Shown one piece after another: positions 32,510-41,007 of a stretch of 64,000 nt of DNA. Position 1 is the first letter of the stretch, and each line of letters opens with the position of its first letter. The stretch lies in NCBI GenBank assembly GCA_017443765.1, contig JAFSYB010000004.1, positions 2,665-66,664 on the forward strand, written 5' to 3'. The notes beneath the pieces were generated by a model that saw only the letters and a program-made list of their open reading frames with translations, was not told where the DNA came from and ran no database searches. Both the position numbers and the translations under genes were made by a program. This DNA comes from Muribaculaceae bacterium. GTDB taxonomy: Bacteria; Bacteroidota; Bacteroidia; Bacteroidales; Muribaculaceae.

Positions 32510-33628
32510 TCACTCCTCATTACGGCTGATGCCGCCCCGATCCATCAAAAACCAGCACCAGGCGATATAACCCACCACAAAGGGCACGAGCACACTCACC
32601 ACGCTCATCACCGTGAGGGTGAACTCGCTCGACGCGCTGTTGCGCAGGGTGAGCGACGACTGGGCATCGAGCAGCGAGGGATAATAGGCCGTGCCGTTGT
32701 AGCCCAGCACCCAAAACAAGGAAAGCACCACAAGGAGCGTGCCGGCCCCGGCCGGCCAAATACCGCAGGTGTAGTCGCGCCTCATCAGCGTGCGGCCGAT
32801 GCCGAAAAGCACCAGGCCCACACCGGCCACGAGCGTCACCAGCGCCCACCACATCTCGAGGTAATTGGTGAGATACTTGTGAGCCACCCACTGGGCGTTG
32901 CCGCTCTCGTCCACAGCCACGCCGCGCGACGTGAGCAGCACAGCCACCACAGCCAGGAAGAGCACCACAAACGCGGGGGCGTTCCAGCTGAGCAGCACGC
33001 GCTGCCGCGAGCTCACGGCGGCATCGTTGATGTTGTTGATGAAATAGAGCGAGGCCAGCGTGCGAGCCAGGAAGAACAGCATCACGCCAAAGAGCAGATT
33101 GCGCCAGCTGGCGATGGCCTCCAGGCCGTGCAGCGGCCCCCACGTGCTGATGGTGGCCGACTGCACATCGAGCAGGTTGCTCTTGGTCACCGTGAACTCG
33201 GCGCCGAAAAACATTCCGGCCACGGCCACGCCCAGCAACACCGGGCCAACCACGCCGTTGACCAGCAGCAGCGCATCGTAGAACCGGCGACCATACACGT
33301 TGCCCTGCTTGGTGCGGTACTCATAGCTGATGGCCTGCACCACAAAGCTGAACAAAATGAGCATCCACAACCAGTAGGCACCGCCGAAACTGGTGCTGTA
33401 GAACAGCGGGAACGAGGCAAAGAACGCCCCGCCAAATGTAACCAGCGTGGTGAACGTGAGCTCCCACTTGCGGCCAAGCGACTTCACCAGCAACGAGCGC
33501 TCGCCCACGTCGCGATGGTGCACAAGCAACGACTGACCGCCCTGCACCAGCAGCAGGAACACCAGAACAGCACCCAGAACCGAGATGATGAACCACCAGT
33601 AGTTTTGAAGAATATTGTAGGTTTCCAT
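32510..33628 (-). CDS. cydB: Cytochrome bd oxidase subunit II
   Basis: LQNYWW, VQGGQS, LGRKWELTFTTLVTFGGAFFASFP; start set at METYN. Confidence 0.96.
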   Translation of the reverse strand: METYNILQNYWWFIISVLGAVLVFLLLVQGGQSLLVHHRDVGERSLLVKSLGRKWELTFTTLVTFGGAFFASFPLFYSTSFGGAYWLWMLILFSFVVQAISYEYRTKQGNVYGRRFYDALLLVNGVVGPVLLGVAVAGMFFGAEFTVTKSNLLDVQSATISTWGPLHGLEAIASWRNLLFGVMLFFLARTLASLYFINNINDAAVSSRQRVLLSWNAPAFVVLFLAVVAVLLTSRGVAVDESGNAQWVAHKYLTNYLEMWWALVTLVAGVGLVLFGIGRTLMRRDYTCGIWPAGAGTLLVVLSLFWVLGYNGTAYYPSLLDAQSSLTLRNSASSEFTLTVMSVVSVLVPFVVGYIAWCWFLMDRGGISRNEE

Positions 33629-33831
33629 TGTGATAGAGTTTGCAAAATTAGTTATAGAAGCCACCTTTAAAAAGTCAAATGATTGTCATTCATGACCAAA
33701 AGGATATATCGACACAATTTCTAATTGTCTATAAAACTCAAGCCATTATCTTGTATGTGATTTTGTCTTTTTGTTCTTTTAGTCTATGTGCTGCCACTTT
33801 TTAAAGTGAGCCCGTTACAGGAGCTATCTTG

Positions 33832-35385
33832 TTATCCCAAATCCTCTTTAGATTTCTTGCTGATTTGCCGGCAGATGATGCTCACATCGGCGATGAGCAG
33901 GGCGGTGAACAGCACGGCAAAAATCCAGAAGGTTATCTGCACATAACCGGCGCTGAGGTCGCTCACGGCCACCTTGTTGGGCATCAGGTCCTGAATGGTC
34001 CACGGCTGCCGGCCCACTTCGGCCACAATCCACCCGCTGGCACTGCACAGGTAGGTGAGCGGGATGGCGATGATGCTCAACCACCACCAGGCTTTAGCCC
34101 ACTTGCGGCCCTCGATGAGCTGACGCCGGTAAACGAACAGCAGTGCCAGCAACAGGAACACCACCAGAAATCCACCCACGGCAACCATAAAGTGGAAGGT
34201 GTAGAATGTGAGAGGCACATTGGGCACAGCCTCCGTGGGGCTGTCGAGATAGGCGTAGCCAAAATGGCGGAAGTCGGCGTTGATGGCCTTGCCCAGGCTG
34301 TCGACGGCCACCAAGTCGCCGGCACGGCGTGCCACATCGTGCTGCGCGATGAGTTCCTGCACGTGTTTGCCGCGTGCGATGCGCTCGGCGTAGGTCAGCG
34401 TGTCGCGCCCCTCGCCGTTGCGACCGGCAATGATGTCCTCGATGCCCGGCACAAAGGCATGCGGGTCGTGCGTGGCCAGCAGCGACAGGCCGTAAGGAAC
34501 CGAAATGTCGAACAAATAGGGTTCCTCGTTGTTGGTGGCCGTCTTGGCGGGGTTCAGGATGCCGAAGGCCACGATGCTCTGGCCGGCGGAGCCACGGTAC
34601 AAGCCTTCCATTGCCGCCAACTTCATCGGCTGGTACTTGGCAACCGTCACTGCCGAGCTGTCGCCCGTGATGCTGGTGAGCAGGATGCCGACGACACCCA
34701 CCCAGGCTCCCACCTTCAGGCTGCGCCAGCAGTGGGCCGCATTGCGGCCGCGCAGCAGCATCCAGCCGCACACGCCCACCACAAACACGCCCGCCAGCGT
34801 CCAAGCACTGAGCACGGTGTGGAAGAACTTGCTCACGGCCATCGGCGAGCAAGCCACAGCCCAGAAACTGGTCATCTCGTTGCGCATCGTGGCCGGGTTG
34901 AACTCGCAGCCGGCGGGGTACTGCATCCACGCATTGGCCACCAAAATCCACAACGCCGACAGCGTGGCACCAATGGCTGTGAGCCAGGTTGAGGCCAGGT
35001 GGAAGCGCGCACTCACCTTCTTCCAGCCGAAGAACATCACTGCGATGAACGTCGATTCCATAAAGAAGGCCAGAATGCCCTCGATGGCGAGCGGCGCACC
35101 GAAGATGTCGCCTACAAACCAGCTGTAGTTGCTCCAGTTGGTGCCAAACTCAAACTCCAGGATTATGCCTGTGGCCACGCCGATGGCAAAATTCACGCCA
35201 AACAGCGTCATCCAGAACTTGGTGGTGTGGAGCCACTGCTCCTCGCGCGTGCGGTAGTAGATGGTCTCCATGATGGCGATAATCACGCCCAGGCCCAGCG
35301 TGAGCGGCACAAAGAGCCAGTGATAGATGGCCGTCAGGGCGAACTGCGCTCGCGACCAGTCAACAACTTGGGTTAATTCGTTCAT
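33832..35385 (-). CDS. cydA: Cytochrome bd oxidase subunit I
   Basis: QFALTAIYHWLFVP, EFEFGTNW, QPMKLAAMEG, EVGRQPW. Confidence 0.98.
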   Translation of the reverse strand: MNELTQVVDWSRAQFALTAIYHWLFVPLTLGLGVIIAIMETIYYRTREEQWLHTTKFWMTLFGVNFAIGVATGIILEFEFGTNWSNYSWFVGDIFGAPLAIEGILAFFMESTFIAVMFFGWKKVSARFHLASTWLTAIGATLSALWILVANAWMQYPAGCEFNPATMRNEMTSFWAVACSPMAVSKFFHTVLSAWTLAGVFVVGVCGWMLLRGRNAAHCWRSLKVGAWVGVVGILLTSITGDSSAVTVAKYQPMKLAAMEGLYRGSAGQSIVAFGILNPAKTATNNEEPYLFDISVPYGLSLLATHDPHAFVPGIEDIIAGRNGEGRDTLTYAERIARGKHVQELIAQHDVARRAGDLVAVDSLGKAINADFRHFGYAYLDSPTEAVPNVPLTFYTFHFMVAVGGFLVVFLLLALLFVYRRQLIEGRKWAKAWWWLSIIAIPLTYLCSASGWIVAEVGRQPWTIQDLMPNKVAVSDLSAGYVQITFWIFAVLFTALLIADVSIICRQISKKSKEDLG

Positions 35386-35415
35386 GATTCTGTTGTGAGT
35401 TATGAGTTTCAGTTT

Positions 35416-35757
35416 TCAGTTGTCATTGTCTGTCGTTGGGAGGGAGAGCGAGGTGGGCGACGCGGGATTCACAACGGTGTCTTGCATCAACTCCCGGCGC
35501 ACATAGTCGGCCTTGCCCTCGTCGGTATCGGCTTTTGTGGCCAGGAAGTCGGGAAAGAAAATCCAGCGCAGAACCAGGAAGAACACCACCACCTTGATGG
35601 CGATGATGGCCCACAGCGTGCGGCCCACGGTCATCGAGCGGAAACCGTCGATGTAGAACCACCACACGCGGCTCCACCAGTGGTCGCCGCGCAGACGGTC
35701 ACGCCCGCCGCACGCAGGCTCAAGGCCTCCAGCTCCGACATCATGGCGATTGTCCAT
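35416..35757 (-). CDS. DUF4492-like small membrane protein
   Basis: FYIDGFRSMTVGRTLWAIIAIK..FFPDFL directly upstream of cydA; start uncertain. Confidence 0.8.
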   Translation of the reverse strand: MDNRHDVGAGGLEPACGGRDRLRGDHWWSRVWWFYIDGFRSMTVGRTLWAIIAIKVVVFFLVLRWIFFPDFLATKADTDEGKADYVRRELMQDTVVNPASPTSLSLPTTDNDN

Positions 35758-35911
35758 AGCCCCTTCCTTTTTTGAGTTCAGATTGCAAATTTAGGCATTT
35801 CGGCCAATATATGCAACATTTTCAGAAAAAAGTTGGCTTTCTGCGACATCGAGGTGGTAGTTTGGCTATCTCGGCAGAAAACAGTAATTTTGCAAAACAA
35901 ATGCATTTTCA

Positions 35912-38356
35912 ATGAACAAGACCATCATTCCCCCCACTGGCGAGCAGAATCTTGCCACAACTGGCAGCGGCACCCAAGCAAGCGTTGCCACATCCGCGAT
36001 TCGTGAATGGAAGTTCCGGCTTTCGGTTTTGTCGATTGCCACCCTTGTCAGTTTGGCAACCTCGGCCAGTGAGCCAAGCGTGCGGCGCGATGCGGTGGAC
36101 TATGTGAACACCTTAATCGGCACGAGCGGCATGGGGCACACGTTTCCGGGGGCTTGTGCGCCGTTTGGCGCGGTGCAGCTCAGCCCCGACACCGACACCA
36201 TTCCGCACAACGTGAACCGCAAGTATCAGCACGATGTGTATGCCTACTGCGCGGGCTACCGCTACGACGACCCCACCATCGTGGGGTTCAGCCACACCCA
36301 CCTGAGCGGCACAGGCCACAGCGACCTGGGCGACGTCCTGCTCATGCCGCAGAGCGGGCCGCTGCAGCTCACGCCCGGCACACGCGACAACCCCGACGGC
36401 GGCTACCGGCAACGCTACAGCCACAGCACCGAGCAGGCCCGGCCGGGCTACTACGAGGTGACACTGGCCGACAACGGCGTGCGCGCACAGCTCACCGCCA
36501 CGCAGCGCGTGGGCGTGCACCGCTACACCTTTCCACAGTCGGGCCAGGAGAAACGCATCGTGATGGACCTCACACACGGCATCTACAACTACGAGGGCAA
36601 GACGCTGTGGGCCAGCGTGCGCGTGGAGAACGACACGCTGCTCACCGGCTACCGCATCACCCAGGGGTGGGCGCGGTGCAACTACACTTATTTCGCCATC
36701 ACCTTCTCGCAGCCCATCTCCACCTACGGCTACCAGGACCGCCGCCCGGAACCGTACGCCGGCTTCTGGCGCAAACTCGACCCATACCACGACTTCCCCG
36801 ACATCGGGGGGCGCAACGTGGTGGCCTATTTCGACTTTGGCACCGACCTGCGCGGGCCGCTCACGGTGAAGGTTGCCCTGTCGGCGGTGTCGGCACAGGG
36901 AGCCTTGCTGAACCTGCGCACCGAGGCGGGCGGCAAGACGTTTGACCAGGTGTGCGCCGAAACGCGCACCGCCTGGCAGCGCGAGCTCTCCACCATCGAC
37001 ATCATGGGCAGCGACGACCAAAAGACGTTGTTCTACACCTCGCTCTACCACACGATGATCAACCCATCGGTGTATTGCGACGTGGATGGCCGCTATCGCG
37101 GCGTGGACGGCCAGGTGCACGCGGGCGAGGGTTTTGTGAACTATACGGTGTTCTCGCTGTGGGACACCTATCGCGCCCTGCACCCGCTGCTCGGCCTGTT
37201 GCAACCCGGCCGCAACACCGACATGGTGCGCTCGATGCTCGCCCACCAGCGCCAGAGCGCCAACCACATCCTGCCCGTGTGGAGCCTGATGGGCAACGAG
37301 GGCTGGTGCATGACCGGCTACCACGGCGTGAGCGTGGTGGCCGATGCCGTGGTCAAGGGAGCCGCCCTCGACCGCGAGGCTGTGCTTGCAGCCCTGCGCA
37401 GCACAGCCACCTGGCAGCGCTTCCCCGGCATGACCCACTATATGCGGTCGGGCTACGCGCCGTTTGACACTGATGCCACGGCAGCCTCCAATACGCTGGA
37501 GTATGCCTACGACGACTTCGCCGTTTCGGCTGCGGCCCGAACACTGGGCGACCACGCCATGGCACAGGAGTTTGAGCATCGCGCAATGAATTACCGCAAC
37601 GTGTTCGACCCGCGCACCGGCTTTGCCACCCCTCGCTACAGCGACGGGCGCTTCAAGGCCGACATGGACCCGCTGCAGACCTACGGCGAGGGGTTCATCG
37701 AGGGGAACTCATGGAATTTCTCGTTCCATGTGCCGCACGATGTGGACGGACTCATGCAGCAGATGGGTGGCGAGCAGCGCTTCGTGCAGCGACTCGACTC
37801 GCTGTTCACCATGCACCTGCCCGAGCGCTACTATGCCGACAACGAGGACATCACCGCCGACTGCCTCGTGGGCGGCTATGTGCACGGCAACGAACCCAGC
37901 CACCATGTGCCTTACCTCTATGCCTGGACCACCAAGCCCTGGCTCGCACAAGAGCGGCTGCGAGTGATTATGGACAAGATGTATCGCAACCACATCCGCG
38001 GCCTGGGGGGCAACGACGACTGCGGGCAGATGTCGGCCTGGTACATCTTCACCACGCTCGGCTTCTACCCCGTGTGTCCCGGCACCGACCAGTATGTGAT
38101 TGGAGCCCCCTTCGTGCCACACGCCGACGTGACGCTGCCCAATGGCCGGCACCTCATCGTCAAGGCCCCGAAAGTGAGCCCCCGCAACCGCTATGTGAAA
38201 CGCGTGCTGCTCAATGGCAAGCCCTATGCCCCACTCTACCTCACCCACCGCCAACTCACCGAGGGCTGCGTGCTGGAGTTTGAGATGACCGACCGTCCCA
38301 ACCGCAGCCGCGGCCTGGCCGACAACGACAAGCCCCACTCACTCACGAGGTTGTAG
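35912..38356 (+). CDS. GH92 alpha-mannosidase
   Basis: GHTFPGA..PFG.VQLSPDT, FSHTHLSGTG, FSLWDTYR, EGNSW, HGNEPSHH, GNDDCGQMSAW. Confidence 0.95.
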   Translation: MNKTIIPPTGEQNLATTGSGTQASVATSAIREWKFRLSVLSIATLVSLATSASEPSVRRDAVDYVNTLIGTSGMGHTFPGACAPFGAVQLSPDTDTIPHNVNRKYQHDVYAYCAGYRYDDPTIVGFSHTHLSGTGHSDLGDVLLMPQSGPLQLTPGTRDNPDGGYRQRYSHSTEQARPGYYEVTLADNGVRAQLTATQRVGVHRYTFPQSGQEKRIVMDLTHGIYNYEGKTLWASVRVENDTLLTGYRITQGWARCNYTYFAITFSQPISTYGYQDRRPEPYAGFWRKLDPYHDFPDIGGRNVVAYFDFGTDLRGPLTVKVALSAVSAQGALLNLRTEAGGKTFDQVCAETRTAWQRELSTIDIMGSDDQKTLFYTSLYHTMINPSVYCDVDGRYRGVDGQVHAGEGFVNYTVFSLWDTYRALHPLLGLLQPGRNTDMVRSMLAHQRQSANHILPVWSLMGNEGWCMTGYHGVSVVADAVVKGAALDREAVLAALRSTATWQRFPGMTHYMRSGYAPFDTDATAASNTLEYAYDDFAVSAAARTLGDHAMAQEFEHRAMNYRNVFDPRTGFATPRYSDGRFKADMDPLQTYGEGFIEGNSWNFSFHVPHDVDGLMQQMGGEQRFVQRLDSLFTMHLPERYYADNEDITADCLVGGYVHGNEPSHHVPYLYAWTTKPWLAQERLRVIMDKMYRNHIRGLGGNDDCGQMSAWYIFTTLGFYPVCPGTDQYVIGAPFVPHADVTLPNGRHLIVKAPKVSPRNRYVKRVLLNGKPYAPLYLTHRQLTEGCVLEFEMTDRPNRSRGLADNDKPHSLTRL

Positions 38357-38452
38357 ACCAAAGCCGCAAAACACTTTAGGTGGGTTCTATAATTGGCTCG
38401 AATGGGGAACCCACCTTAATTTTCGACTTGAACAGACATCACCCTCGCCACC

Positions 38453-39385
38453 CTACACAACGAGAAAGAGGTAAAACAGGATGCCCAAAATTAGAATTAC
38501 AAGAAAAATCACCGCATAGAGCAGCAGCATGGCAAGCACTGATCGCCAAATCGTACCCCACCAGCTGAAACCGAAAAGCTGCTTGTAGTCGGTCAGATAC
38601 AAGACCATGGTGAGTACCTGCGGCAGGTCGTCCACGCCGCCATGCTCCCAAAGCAGGCTCACCAAGAAATAGATTGCCGAGACGAGCATCACCTGGCTGC
38701 TGAGAAAGACCTGCACAAACACCTGCTCGCTGATTGACAAATTGGGCAGGCGATTCGAGTTGCGGAAAAACAGCCACATCGCAATGGCCACCAACACCTG
38801 AAACAAGATAACCGAGATGGCCCGGTGGTCGTCGAGCCAGTCTCGCACTTTGGCACAACTGCCAACAATCACGCGCTTGCGCACCTCGAAATCGTGTAGC
38901 GCTTTCTTGTCGTTGGCAATTGCATTTTCGGGTGTGAGGCTATCGTTGATTACCTCGGTCACCGAAGGCCGGCGAGGCTCTTCGTAATCGACGCCCCATC
39001 GCACCAGCTCCACCATAATCAGCAGTGTGGCGGTGAAAATGAACAGCATCTTGAACGGCGGGAAATAGGGCTGGCGGTGCCCACGCAGGTAGTCGGCAAT
39101 CATGTATCCCGGCCTGAAAAGCAGGTGGACGATGTTGCGGGGCATGCTGCGGTTGCCGGCGCCCCACACGTCGAGGGCGTTGGCCATCACGCCGCGCATG
39201 GTGAGCCGCCGCGTCTTGCCCGACTGCCCGCAGCGCGGGCAGAACCGGCCGTCGTAGCTCTCGCCGCAATTCAGGCACGCGTGCTGCTCGCCATCATCAA
39301 GCGGCTCGGTGGCCGTGGGCGTGCGCTGCCACTGACGGAAACGCCGGTAGCGTTCCCTCAATTTATCGCAAAATGCGCATTGCAT
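38453..39385 (-). CDS. DUF3667-like zinc-ribbon membrane protein
   Basis: CLNCG...FCPRCGQ, FRPG.MI.DYL.G.R..YFPPFK, multiple TM helices. Confidence 0.8.
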   Translation of the reverse strand: MQCAFCDKLRERYRRFRQWQRTPTATEPLDDGEQHACLNCGESYDGRFCPRCGQSGKTRRLTMRGVMANALDVWGAGNRSMPRNIVHLLFRPGYMIADYLRGHRQPYFPPFKMLFIFTATLLIMVELVRWGVDYEEPRRPSVTEVINDSLTPENAIANDKKALHDFEVRKRVIVGSCAKVRDWLDDHRAISVILFQVLVAIAMWLFFRNSNRLPNLSISEQVFVQVFLSSQVMLVSAIYFLVSLLWEHGGVDDLPQVLTMVLYLTDYKQLFGFSWWGTIWRSVLAMLLLYAVIFLVILILGILFYLFLVV

Positions 39386-39489
39386 GATGCTTTCTCGATA
39401 GATAATGCACAATTCCGCTCTCGCACAAAGCTTCAGCCCTCGGCCCACAGTGCGATAGCGGAATTGCGGATTAATGAACCTACTGCGAG

Positions 39490-40053
39490 TTATCGCACGC
39501 GGCCCTGGTAGCTGCCGTCGCGGGTGTCGACCTCGATAATCTCGCCCTCGCCCACAAACAGAGGCACACGCACCGTGGCACCCGTCTCGACAGTGGCCGG
39601 CTTGAGCGAGTTGGTGGCCGTGTCGCCCTTCACACCAGGCTCGGTGTAGGTGATCTTGAGCTTCGTTTTGATGGGCATCTCGGCAAAGAGCACGGTCTCG
39701 GTGCTGGCGTCGCTCACCACCTCCACGATGTCGCCTTCCTTCATGTAGTCGGCACCGGTGATGAGCTCCTTGCTGATGGGAATCTGCTCGTAGGTTTCCT
39801 GGTTCATGAAGATGGCATCGGCACCATCCATATACAGGTACTGGTAGGGGCGGCGCTCCACACGCACGTCCTCGAGCTTCTCGCCAATGTTGAAGCGGCG
39901 CTCGAGCACGCGACCGTCAACCACGTTCTTCAGCTTCGTGCGCATGAAGGTATTGCCCTTGCCGGGCTTCACGTGCAGGAACTCGATGCAGAAGTAGAGG
40001 TCGCCGTCCATGCGGATGCAGGTGCCGTTCTTGATGTCTTGAGCGTTAATCAT
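39490..40053 (-). CDS. efp: Elongation factor P
   Basis: [26 protein letters not shown]. Confidence 0.98.
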   Translation of the reverse strand: MINAQDIKNGTCIRMDGDLYFCIEFLHVKPGKGNTFMRTKLKNVVDGRVLERRFNIGEKLEDVRVERRPYQYLYMDGADAIFMNQETYEQIPISKELITGADYMKEGDIVEVVSDASTETVLFAEMPIKTKLKITYTEPGVKGDTATNSLKPATVETGATVRVPLFVGEGEIIEVDTRDGSYQGRVR

Positions 40054-40171
40054 AAATCCAAAAAATTGTTATAGTTAATAATATGGTATATCCATGAGTT
40101 TGCCATAAGCAATGGGCAGTGTTTTGCCGTGCGCAAGTGACCCAAAGGCCGCACACACCCAAAATCGGCTA

Positions 40172-40410
40172 CAAAGGTAGTGCAAACCGAGCGAAGTGCA
40201 AAACAAAAAAAGGATTTTTTTGATTTTGCACTCCCGAGGTGCAGCCTACCTTGGGCCACAGGCCAACGGTAGTGCAAACCGAGCGAAGTGCAAAACAAAA
40301 AAGCATTTTTTGATTTTGCACTCCCGAGGTGCAGCCTACCTTGGGCCACAGGCCAACGGTAGTGCAAACCGAGTGAAGTGCAAAACAAAAAAGCATTTTT
40401 TTGATTTTGC
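40172..40410. repeat. ~91-bp palindromic element, ~2.6 tandem copies
   Basis: Units start at 40176, 40268, 40358; GGTAGTGCAAACCGAG.GAAGTGCAAAAC...TTTTGCACTCCCGAGGTGCAGCCTACCTT. Confidence 0.95.
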
Positions 40411-40545
40411 GTGGTTAATTCATGCTCAATGCGAATAGCACGAATTTAGCGATTTTTTTAGGCTCTGTAACGTTTTGTGTGGGTGAACAACTTGCGAATC
40501 ACATACGTTTCCCATTCTTTAAATCATGCAGAAACAGGATATTGG

Positions 40546-40611
40546 AAGACAACTTGAACAACCCAAAACAACCATTTCCAGTGAGGTTGTCCCAAGTTGT
40601 TCAGGTTGTCT
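40546..40611. repeat. Long imperfect inverted repeat with phased ACAAC boxes
   Basis: AAGACAACTTGAACAAC...GTTGTTCAGGTTGTCTT. Confidence 0.85.
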
Positions 40612-40734
40612 TTATTATCAGTCGTCCTATCCAGCCGCGACACGCACCACGCCTCCAAATGGAGGCAAGGCATAAATCTACCCATACAATCCGTTATAGA
40701 GCCCCCAAAATCACCCTCGTTAATTTTTCCCATA

Positions 40735-40774
40735 AAGGTGTACCGAGTTTTGGCACACCTTGACATTACCTTTG
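40735..40774 (+). promoter_or_regulatory. Operator-like palindrome abutting a -7 box
   Basis: AAGGTGTACC-N7-GGCACACCTT then TACCTTTG at 40767-40774; a second box TATCTTTG at 40854-40861. Confidence 0.55.
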
Positions 40775-41007
40775 CAGCGTGAACGCAAAGGCAGGTCGCA
40801 AAAAGTTTTTCACAATTTTACCCCGAAATGGCTCATCGTCAAAGAAAATTGCCTATCTTTGCAATTTGTAGTAAGAGTATTTTATACTCTTAACCAGCAA
40901 AAGACCATAGTAATTAACGAATTAACAAACTCCTGCGCAGTTATATGAGCTTTGGTCGGCTCGCTGGAATTGCATGGGATGGTTGTTTTTAGATATAGGA
41001 TTTCAAT

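Noticed and set aside
40172-40410. Tandem element as CRISPR, or the ORFs drawn over it
   Set aside because: Units are near-identical end to end with no unique spacers; the ORFs are repeat artefacts.
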